64,000 nt of DNA, taken from positions 14,076,001 to 14,140,000 of the forward strand of contig CM075988.1 in the NCBI GenBank assembly GCA_038087875.1, written 5' to 3'. The notes below the pieces were generated by a model. That model made no database searches. It was not told the DNA's origin and was given only the letters and a program-made list of their open reading frames with translations. This DNA comes from Malacoraja senta. Taxonomy: Eukaryota. The number at the start of each line of letters is the position of its first letter. Position 1 is the stretch's first letter. Shown here piece by piece: positions 37,691 through 48,714 of this stretch. Made by a program: the position numbers and the translations under genes.

Positions 37691-39693
37691 CCGTATTATA
37701 TAAAGTAAGATCAGAGTCTAAGCCCAATTAAAGATAGTTAAGTACATAGGAGTGGGGATCGGTTCAGAGGAAAATTGGTGCCACAGGCCACCTCAATGAA
37801 AGCTTTTCACTGTACCTTGGTACACGTGACAATAAACTAAACTGAACTGATTAGTGGCAATGCATTGCATCCAAATGTAGACGGGCACATCATGGATTAA
37901 TTCTATCTCCTAACAGAGTGTCCATCATTGAAAACATTAATTCCTTCCCTTCCTTTGTAGCATGAATTATTTGTTGGAAATGTGGTTAGTAACACCTTCA
38001 ACAACTTGTATTGCATGTTCCCTTGGATGGAATAATTTCCTACCCTTACCTGTAGCCTCTCCAAGATGGGTCAGAATTCAAATGTAATCATTTTTCATCT
38101 TATCAAATAAACTTCGGTCAGCCTTCATTTTGTTTTTTTGTGCATCGACAATTTCAGAGCCATGTAGGCAAACTGTGCGTGGACAATTTCACATGCATCC
38201 TAAAATTAAATCACAAGCTAATACCAGCTGGCTTTAATGGAGACCTGTCTACTTAGTAAACTCAGAGTAATGATCAATCAAAACCATAGCAGATTTTCAC
38301 ATAATCCGCTTTCACATGTGGAGGTGAAACATGAACCAACAGCGGCCTAGATTCAAGGCAAAATTTGTTTATTTTGTAGAGAATAGAATTTGTGTAAAAA
38401 TCTCTCTCGAATTATGTTCCGGGTTTGTCATGGAGGGGGCAATAATAAGATGTTTCTGGTCTCTTATTCTTCTCACATTGTTTTAGTAGGTTTAAAGCAA
38501 TTCATTTGAATTAATTCAGTGTCTGTTAACTTTTTACAAGATGTTTTTAAAATATTCATTTCCAGGATATCTGTGTCAATTGTAATGTCATCATTAATTA
38601 CCTACTAATTGCCTTCTTAATTGAAATCAATTAGGAAGGCAAATATGGTATGGTCTTGATTGCAAGATATTTTGAATGCAGTAGAAATCCCATTCTTCAT
38701 ACACCTGTTACATAGTGCCTGGTGAGGTTATAACTGGATTATTGTGCACTGGTCTGAACTCCCCTCTGTACTTGTGATAAAGGGGAATCAGCAAAGTACT
38801 ATCAGTAATTCCTGGGATGATGGGTTTATCCTATGAGAAAAGATTAAACAGGCAGGGCCTGTACTATATCGAGTTGACAAAAACAGAAGATGATCTAATT
38901 GAAAGAAACAGCGGAGTAAATAGGTGGATGCAAATTTTGTGTTTCCCCTGATGTCAAAAACCAGCCCTCACAGTTTTAAGTGAAGTGTGTGGGAAGGAAC
39001 TACAGATGCTGGTTTACACCAAAGATAGACACAAAATGCTGGAGTAACTCACTGAAGAAGGTTCTCTATTCAAAACGTCACCCATTCCTTCTCTCCAGAG
39101 GTGCTGCCTGTCCCGCTGAGTTACTCAAGCATTTGTGTCTATCTTTGTTTTCAATGAAGTGTCAGCTATTCAGGACAGAGCTAAAAGTAATCTCTTCACC
39201 CAGATGGTAGCGAACGTTTGGAATTCTCAACCTCAGTAGCACTGACGTAAACGATCAGCCAACAGATCTTATTGAATGTCAGAACATACACAAGGATCTA
39301 AGTGATCCAATCCTGTTTTTTATTTATTGTTCTTAATCACTAATGGCAATGAACACCTTCTCATATGTTGCATTCCTACTTCCACTACTTCCACTGGGAT
39401 AATGAATGCAAAAGGCCAGCATCATGTCTCAACAATGATAAAGAGGCAGTAATGTATTTATGTCCAGATGTCATGTCTGCCACTTTCAGCAAAATATTTT
39501 TTGAAACCAATCGAACAGGCAGTAACTGAGGGGGGAATGGACCAGTGACATTTCAGATCAGGCCCTTTCATCAGAATAACCAGTATAATCATGAAGTCAA
39601 ATGGGTCCCTAAGGGTACCAGCAACCTGACCTTTGGTGCTGTCTGTGTGGAGTTTTCATGTTCCCCTGTGACCATGTGATTTTTCTCTGGGTC

Positions 39694-40163
39694 AATAGAC
39701 AATAGACAATAGACAATAGGTGCAGGAGTAGGCCATTCGGCCTTTCGAGCCAGCACTGCCATTTAATGTGATCGTGGCTGATCATCCCCAATCAGTACCC
39801 CGTTCCTGCCTTCTCCCCATATCCCCTGAATCCGCTGTTTTTAAGCCCTATCTAGCTCTCTCTTGAAAGCAACCAGAGAACTTGCCTTTTAGAGAATTCC
39901 ACAGACTCACAACTCTCTGTGAGAAAAAGTGTTTCCTCGTCTCCGTTCTAAATGGCTTACTACATATTCTTAAACTGTGGCCCCTAGTTCTGGACTCACC
40001 AAACATCGGGAACATGTTTCCTGCCTCTAGAGTGTCCAAACCCTTAACAATCTTATATGTTTCAATGAGATCCCCTCGCATCCTTCTAAACTCCAGAGTG
40101 TACAAGCCCAGCTGCACTATTCTCTCAGCATATGACAGTCCTGCCATCCCGGAAATTAACCTT
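39694..40163 (-). mobile_element. Young CR1 3' end inserted in a V-SINE
   Basis: Minus ORF RLISGMAGLSYAERIVQLGLYTLEFRRMRGDLIETYKI...SRTRGHSLRI...FFSQRVVSLWNSL and an (AGACAAT)n tail. Confidence 0.9.
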
Positions 40164-40212
40164 GTCCTCTGGTTTCCTCCCATTTTCCAAAGATATGTGC
40201 ATTGTAGGTTAA

Positions 40213-40400
40213 AGGGCCTGTCCCACGGGCGTTATTTGCGCGTCATTTACGCATCGTTGATGCGCGCATGGCGCCTGGTGAGACGTGGTGGCGTAGGCAG
40301 TGACGCGAGGTAGCGCGCGGTGCCCCAGGATTTGGGGATTCTCAAAATCCTCGCGCGCCACCTGCGACAAGCGCAAATGACGCCCAAGAGGGCAGGCCCT
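40213..40400. mobile_element. PIF/Harbinger-type MITE
   Basis: Ends agggcctgtcccac / gagggcaggccct with TAA TSD (40210-40212, 40401-40403); CpG-rich palindromic interior. Confidence 0.85.
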
Positions 40401-41354
40401 TAACTAGCCATTGTAAACTGCCCCCAGTGATTAGGTCAGTTGTAGAATCAGGGAGGAGGTGATGAGAATGTGGAGATAATAAAGTAAGATCAATGTAGAA
40501 TTAGTGCAAATGGGTGGCTAATAATCGTCAGGGACTCAGTGAGCTGAACGGTCTGTTTCCTTGCTGCACGAGTCTCTGAAACAAGCCTGCTATCCTTCCA
40601 AATGTGTGGATATGGGCAGGGGATTGAAATGGTTGGTCTTGTTGGTTCTATGAGCCAGTGTTTTATTGAATGTTGTTCATCAATTGAAAATCCTTTTTAA
40701 ACTGAGAACTTCCTGTGAAATAAATAACTCCAGTGTCTCAGAAATTGGTCGGCAATCCAATTATTTTAAGCAAGGGGTGATTTTCATGAAATTTAAAAAA
40801 ATGTTGATTGCATTGTGTGCTTATTGTGAAGAAGCATTAACATTTTCCTTTTCCTAACAGTTTATAATTAACTTATTGGCACCCTGACAACTCGCTTTCA
40901 AATGCATGAATTAAGAAATCAAGATCACCATGTAAAAAAAAAAGTGAGAACACTCAACACAGTTTAGACACAACACATGAAACACAGCCTGCTAAAGTTA
41001 AGAAGTGATTACTTACACACATGGAAGAATAATTAACAAGCAGCACAATGATATAGAGTGACATTATGGTTATTAGTCTTGAATAAAAGAATAGATAAAT
41101 AACTGTCTCACAACATTAAAATACTTAAAGTGCTGGATTAACTCAACAGATCAGGCAGCATTGATGGAGGACATGGACAGGTGGATGTTTCGGGTTGGGG
41201 TCCCTCTTCAGAATGAAGGATCCTGACCCGAAACGTCACCTATCCAGTCCTGCAGAGATGCTGCCTGACCCGCTGAGTTGCTCAAGCACCTTGTGTGAAA
41301 ATACTTCCATCTAATTGTAATTGGAATATGATTTAAATTTAAAAAGCCAATACA

Positions 41355-41469
41355 AGTTCCTTTGTAGGTACACAAAAATGCTGGAGAAACTCAGCGGGTG
41401 CAGCAGCATCTATGGAGCGAAGGAAATAGGTAACGTTTCGGGCCGAAACCCTTCTTCAGTTCCTTTGTA
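41355..41469 (-). mobile_element. Minimal Penelope-derived insert (about 90 bp) with 12-bp TSD
   Basis: TSD agttcctttgta at 41355-41366 and 41458-41469; the body matches the left arm of the 14.7 kb foldback. Confidence 0.88.
41431..41459 (-). ncRNA. Minimal type I hammerhead ribozyme-like core (Penelope-associated); representative copy, activity unproven
   Basis: Minus strand CUGAAGA-A-GGGU(UUCG)GCCC-GAAA-CGUU. Intact cores also at about 42094-42122 (-) and 61781-61808 (-); variant at 52724-52752 (+). Stem I is weak. Confidence 0.55.
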
Positions 41470-43816
41470 CACAGGTATAAGTTTCTTCATACAGAAATTC
41501 ATACTGAGGCAGATGTGATAGTGGCATTTAAGAGGCTTTTGAATAGGCAAACAGGGAATGGAGGGATATGGATTATGCACAGGTAAATAAGAAATTGTCT
41601 TGACATCATATTTTGCACAAACATTATGGGCCGAAGGGCTTGTGCTTGTGCTGTAATGTTCTATATTCTGTGTTTTGGATATTTCTACCTCAGAGGACTG
41701 TGATGCTCATTAGCTGAAGTTATTCAAGGATGAGATTGTAACTTTTTGAATGCTAAGGGAATCAGAGGATATGGCCTGCAAAGTGGCTGAGGCATAGGAG
41801 CCACATGATCATAATGGTTGCTGAATAGGTTCACCTGTTTCTTTTTTATTCTTTATCAAGTCAAGGGATTGAAAAACTGATTATTATGTTAGTTGTTGAT
41901 GACCACGATCTACATTTGTCTTATATGAGACCCCTCTTTGTCTATCATCAGGTGGGTTATAGTTTGTGTATGCAGCTCACAATCTCTCCGAACCAAGTCA
42001 AAGGCTCTGCAGCAACATCTCTATCGTGGATAGATAAAAATGCTGGAGAAACTCAGCGGGTGAGTCACCATCTATGGAGCGAAGGAAATAGGCGACGTTT
42101 CGGGTCGAGACCCTTCTTCAGACTATTTCTCTATAGTGGAAATAAGTTCTCTGTTAACTATTACTGATAGAGCTGCTGCCTCACAGCCCCAGATACCCCG
42201 GTTCAATCTTAACCTTGTGGGGCTGTCTGAATGGAATTTACTCATTTTCTTTGTGCTCTGGGTTTCTTTCCACATCCAGAAGATGTGGAAAGAAGGTTCA
42301 GAAGGTTAATTGTGATCTAAAGCTCGCCTTATGATTTGCCAGGATAGCGTGCGAAACAAAGTTTTTATAGTATCAGGTGCGTAACGACAATAATCCAATA
42401 CCAATCATTTTATGTTGAAAGTGGCAACGTTTAAAAGAGATTTGAGAGGCAATTTCTTTTTATACAGAAGGTGGCGAGTGCCTGGAATGGGCTGCCAGAG
42501 TTGATGATTGAGGCAAATACAAGAGAAGTTTGAATATGCATATGGATATAGGGAATGGAGGGATGTAGATTATGTGCAGGTACATAAATGGATGGTCTTG
42601 GTATTGTTTGTCACTGTGGGTCAAAGACTTGTTCTTGTGCTGCAAAGTTTCTATGTTCAATGTTCTGTATTCATTCCAGATTTATTTAAGCATTGAAGGG
42701 TGCATGTGCGTGGGGGGAGGGGTATTGGTGGGAGGGGGTATGTGTTGTGGGGGTTGTGAGCTTCACAATCAGTGTAAGTACCAAACAAATAATCTCAGTG
42801 CTAACTAATTTCAGTATGACTCAAACAGCCATAAAGACAGAAATGTCTGAAACTGACATTTTTGAGGGAATTTCTCATGAACAGTCTAAGAAATGAATGA
42901 CACATCGACCAAGATGATGTACCATCACCTCCCAGAAATGGATCTGAGATGACACTAATATGCTTTGGATAATGTTATCCCTGACAATGCCACTGTACTC
43001 GACACCATCTACACCCAGCACTTAATACTAACTGTCCTGGAACGAGTGGTTTGCGAATCCAACTCAAGAAGGCAGTTAATTGGATTACATTGTTGTAAGT
43101 CTGGAATCAAATCCAGAACAGATTGGGTAAAGATGACAGATTTTCTTTCCTAAAGGACATTATGGAGCCAGATGGGTTTATATGGCAATCTGCTAGATAC
43201 ATGCTCGCCATTAGTCCTAGCAGCCTTTTATGATGGATTTATTTAACTATCTGAATTTAAATTCCACAGCTGCCATGGTGGGTTTGAACTCACATCTCCA
43301 GATCATTAGTCAAAGTCTCTGGATACCAGTTCAGTAACTTAATAACTCCTGTACCACACTGCATAGTATGGTGCTGACAGATTGGGGCCAATTTTGACGT
43401 TGAGCAATAGTGTAAAACAGACACAGCATAGGTGTTTAAGCACACACTTTCATAAATGAATTACTCTAACTAATTAAATGAACATACTTGTGGCTGGGGC
43501 AAGCCAAAGAAAGTAACATTTGTTGGATTATTCTTTTCAGTCAGATAGAATCGCAAATTTTACTCGATAGCCAAGTGTATATTATCAAGTGAAATAAATT
43601 CCATGTTTCAGTCGTGGTTGCACTGACTTCTTTCCATTGTTTATCCAGCAGTGTGGAGCTGAATGTAATGGGATACGGGAATGTGGAGCGGAGACTCCAA
43701 AGGACATGAAAATCAGGTGCAAAGTTCAGCATTCGCACAAGGAACTGATTGATTAAGAGTAATGTCTAAGCACCAATGAAGCCTGCAAATCCCCAATGAT
43801 TGAAGATGACACTCAC

Positions 43817-43962
43817 ACTGAACTGTCAAGTAACTTGAGGCTGAAGGAGAATGCCCAAAACTGTTGCTAGGTACACAAGTGTACTTCCCAGCATCTTCAG
43901 GCTTGACTCGGAAGATGATCAACATTCCATCAACGAAAATCCGCACCCTCAGGTTCAGGTCA
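43817..43962 (-). CDS. IGSF9B: IGSF9B coding exon, Ig3 second half (146 nt)
   Basis: Acceptor tctgacag|, translation DLNLRVRIFVDGMLIIFRVKPEDAGKYTCVPSNSFGHSPSASSYLTVQ, donor |gtgagt. Has the Ig DxGxYxC motif and is close to the recalled IGSF9B DLKLRVRILIDGTLIIFRVKPEDSGKYTCVPSNSLGRSPSASAYLTVQ. Confidence 0.96.
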
Positions 43963-44498
43963 CTGTCAGAGACAAAGAGGAACAAGAAACAACTTTTAGT
44001 TCAATATCAACATTTAAAAGTACATTTGGAGAGGTACAGAGGGTTGTGGATGTATGGTATGGGCTGCCAGTGAAAGTAATTGAGGCAGACACAATGACAA
44101 CATTTACACAACGTTTGGATTGGTACATGGACAGTAAATGTTTAGAACCATATGGGTCATACATGGAATTAGTTTAGATAGACACAAAGTGCTGGAGTAA
44201 CTCAGCGGCTCAGGTAGCATCTCTGGAGAAAAAGGATGGGTAAAGTTTCGGGCCGGGACCCTTCTTCATAAGAAGCGTCCCGACCCGAAATGTCATCTAT
44301 CCTTTTTCTCCAAAGATGCCGCCTGGCCCGCAGAGTTACCTCAGCACTTTATGTCTATCTTCTGTATAAACCAGCACAGTTGTAAGTAGTTGCTTTATCA
44401 GTGTTACATCCTTTTTGATGAAGCTGGGATCAAAATACAAAACATAATAATTCTAGAAAATGGTGTTTGGGAGGAGGTTCCTGTGACATGGATATGAA

Positions 44499-44797
44499 CA
44501 CAGTTTAAGAATAAGGGGTAAGCCATTTAGAACGGAGACGAGGAAGCACTTTTCCTCACAGAGAGTTGTGAGTCTGTGGAATTCTCTGCCTCAGAGGGAG
44601 GTGGAGGCCGGTTCTCTGGATACTTTCAAGAGAGAACTAGGTAGGGCTCTTAAAGATAGCGGAGTGTGGGGATATGGGGAGAAGGCAGGAACGGGGTACT
44701 GATTGGGGATGATCAGCCATGATCACATTGAATGGCGGTGCTGGCTCGAAGGGCCGAATGGCCTACTCCTGCACCTATTGTCTATTGTCTATTGTCT
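44499..44797 (+). mobile_element. Young CR1 3' end, (TATTGTC)n tail
   Basis: HSLRIRGKPFRTETRKHFSSQRVVSLWNSLP, 3' UTR and tail ctattgtctattgtctattgtct. Confidence 0.9.
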
Positions 44798-47769
44798 AAA
44801 ACAACATGGTCTATCAAGCCCTGTTCATATCCATGTCACGGGAACCTCCTCCCAATCCCATTCAACCCATCAGTCTAACCACATCCTTTTTCTGCAGCAT
44901 GCACAACACAAGCACCCCTTTACACAAGTTCAACATTCTACATTCTCACTTCTCCCCAGATATAGGCGCTGTTTTGAATTCCTTAATGTTCACGAGGATG
45001 TTGTTATTCTCTGCTGTACTCCTTCCAATCCTGCCATGAACAACTTTGCAGATTACCGAAGATAGACACAAAAAGCTGGAGTAACTCAACGGGTCAGACA
45101 GCATCTCTGGAGAAAAAGAATAGGTGACGTTTCAGTTTGAAGAAGTTGTCATCACCCGAAATGTCACCTATTCCTTTTCTCCAGAGATGCTGCGGAGTTA
45201 CTCCAACTTTAGTGTCTATCTTTGGTTTAAACCAGCAGCTGCAGTTCCTTCCTACACACTTCGCAGATTAATATTGAAAAGATCACATTTTCCCTTGCAC
45301 TTAATTGGAATGAGTTGCCAGAATTTGGTCTCCCTTTTTCTTGAAGAGGTATAAAATAGCGTTACCTGCTCTTGAGGTTAAGCAGACATATGACAATGAT
45401 ATGAAACATTTCTCAAACACTACTCTAGTATTTACCCTTTAATAATTCTTAATGGAATCATATATGGTTTCTCGAACCTCTAACCTAGCAAAAATTCATC
45501 AAACTCTGAAATTTACTTATTACTAAAATCTCCTTATAATAAATAATTCAATATTGCAAAATTATTTAAATGAAATTTTCAGGGTAGTATTACTTTCTTA
45601 CTCTAATACATTAACTGTGTTCAACTATCACATCATGTGTTACATTATCACTGGTTCATTAACATGAAGTGTAAAGGCACTCACAGGGATAGAGACTGAT
45701 AACGACATTGAATATAAATGGATAATAAGCAAGGGGAACCATGCATGAATTGTAGGTTAAATCAAGACATCGATGTTTGGGTGTTATAATACTTCAATAT
45801 GTGCATGCTTTTGAATTCATCAGTGCTATTAGATTTCATAGTTGAGTCAATGATCAGTAAGAACAAAATCAATTATTGTTGAGAATTTCCCTTTTGCTGG
45901 TACCAGCTACGGATCACAATACGTTCTGTCCAAATCTTTTGAATTACTTTTTGCTAAACCATCAGCTGGGAGTTTGCGTAAAATTAGGTTGAAGGTGGTG
46001 TTTGAATTTTAAATCTGTTCATCTCGAAAACCAGGATAATGTTGCCACAAGTGCAGGTTGCTTTCTGGGATCCTATCCAAGTGATCATTCTTTACAGCAA
46101 GACAGTGCTGGTGATGTTGGGTAAGAGCCAAGATAACTTCAGAGCAGTTCTCAACTAATCTCCAAACACAGTGAATGTAATCAGCGGCAAGGACAATGTC
46201 TGAATTCTCCCCTTTGTCCAGGGCTACCAGACCAGGTGTCAAATATGGACCCTGTGATTACATGTCTTGGAACCATATCAGCAAATCCATGTGTCACTCA
46301 ACCATTCAGGAACCATTGTTCAAAATAATCCCTCATTTAATTAATGGATGAATGTGTGTCTTGTCAGATTCTGGTTAATTAAACTGCAGTTAAAATCCTA
46401 AATACTTTAATCTAAAAATCGTTAATTGAAAACTGAAAATAAGAGCTGTGTCATATATAGGCATGTGTAATATCTTAGTACTCAACTGTAAAAAGTAAAT
46501 ATTTGTAAGTTCTAAGAACACAACCATTATGATTTATTGTTTAAATGGAACAACATATCAACTCCACAACTTCCCAATTGTTTGAGCAGCCACTGTCAGT
46601 ATAAACTGGGCTAAAGACACAATATATTCTGTACAACTGAATACATATTATAACAGAATATAAGCCATGGGGGTAATTTCAACATTGAAATATGAGATAT
46701 CGTGGTTCCAGATAAGATTGTGGCAACCACATCGAGCAAGGTTTTCAGTAACAACGATTTATGTTTCTGGATTAATGGAGTAAAATATCAAAGTTTACTC
46801 CATAGAAGTTACTAACCAAAATTTGGCCCTGAGCTCATGTAAGGAGATGATAGAATATATTCCAAATACTTGCTCAAGGAGGTAGGTTTGAAGTGAAACT
46901 TTTCCAGCACTGACATGAAAGAACTGTATCCACTTGCTTGCATGAATGCAACATTACTGAAGAGGATCAACCGATGACAAAGATGCCTGCAAGATCTACT
47001 AAAACTAAACATTCACTCCCTCATCCAGCATCTCAGCATGCCCACTCTCTATGCTATCTGCAAAAAGCACTGCATTTACCCAACAATATTACTGAAATAC
47101 ATTTTGGAGTGGGGAACCGCCATGAGAGGGTTGAAGGAGGAGAACAAAGGTGGAGCTGGCGTTGGGGGGAGATGGTAGTAGAACAAATTAGGACCTGGTC
47201 AGTGCCCTTTAAGTGGCGACTATTTGCATACCTTGGGTATGCAAGCAAAGAATTTCATTGTGACTTGCCACATGTGACAATAAAGTATTCAATTCAAAAT
47301 TCAATTCAATTCTATCAAATCCAATTCAATTCAATTCAAGCCTCTCATCTGTTCCCCCAGATAGTTCCGGAGCATCGAGTGCATGGAGTCACTTTCAGAT
47401 TCTGCTATAAACCACACTCTATCCTGATTTACTAATATATCACCATTTTATTCTTCAGCAGAAGGATTGCAGAAGTTCAAAAAGGTGGCTTACCACCACA
47501 TTGTTAAGAGCAATTAGGGATGAGCAGTACAAGCTGGCCAAGCTAGTGATGACCACTTCTGAAAAAATGAACAAATAAAGAAAATCTTTAATAATATGAA
47601 CAACTCTACCAAAATCTTGGTCACAAATCCTGTGATAACATTAAGGATTCTCTAATTTGGTAGCCATGCATCATTTAATTTGCGATTATGTCTCTCATCT
47701 TCCTTTGCACCAATGCTTCAGTGTATTCCATTTTGTTATCTTAATGTTAGACAGTTAGGATCAAAGTGG

Positions 47770-48280
47770 GATCAGTTTTGGGTCCCAAATCTGAGGTAGG
47801 ATATGGGGGTTCAGAGGAGGTTTACGCAAATGATCCCGAGAATGATTGGGTTAACATATCAGGAGTTTTTGAAGTCTCTGGGCCTGTACTCACTGGAGTT
47901 TAGAAGGATGAGGGGGGAATTTCATTGAAACTTACCAAATAATGAAAGACCGCAATAGAGTGGATGTGGAGAGGATGTTTCCAATAGTGGAAGAATTTAG
48001 GACAAGAGGGCACAGCCTCAGAATAAAGGACATATGTTTAAACTGGAGATGAGGAGGAATTTCTTTAGCCAGAATCTCTGGAATTCATTGCCACAGACGG
48101 TGGTGGAGATTCATTGGGTATTTTTTAAGTGGAGATTGATAGGTTCTTGATTAGTGCATCAAAGATTAAGGGGAGAAGGCAGGCAAATCGGGTTGAGGGG
48201 ACAAAATAAATCAGCCATGATTGAATGGCGGAGCAGACTCGATGGGCCGAATCACCAAATTTTGCTCCTATGTCTCCTGT
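47770..48280 (+). mobile_element. CR1 3' fragment
   Basis: VQRRFTQMIP...LGLYSLEFRRMRG...RTRGHSLRI motifs. Confidence 0.8.
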
Positions 48281-48714
48281 CACATGTTGACAGACAGCCA
48301 TGTCTCGCTGATATTGAGTCCAAGGTCCATCCCCTTCATTGAACAAATCAGCAGTAACTTGGAAGTTGGGTCTAGTCCCAATGGAAATTCAATGGATGCT
48401 CAAATTACAAGCCATGGACAATTTGTGGTAGAAGATAGAATTCGAGCCACAGGAGGAAGAATACAATAAACGCTGTACAGGTAATGACAATTGTGTGGTA
48501 GAATTACAACCAGTATTAGTCAAATATGTTAGGTTTGAAGCAAAACTAACTAATCATGTCAATCAATTTTGATCAATTTATTGATAAAACATTTGTACAT
48601 GAGGTGAGTTGTGGGCCCTGTGGTGGAGGTAGATTTTGTGGTACACAAGTCCACCGACGCCAACATTCCTATAGCATTAGTAATGGCAGTGATGCTTAAA
48701 ACCATACAGCATTT

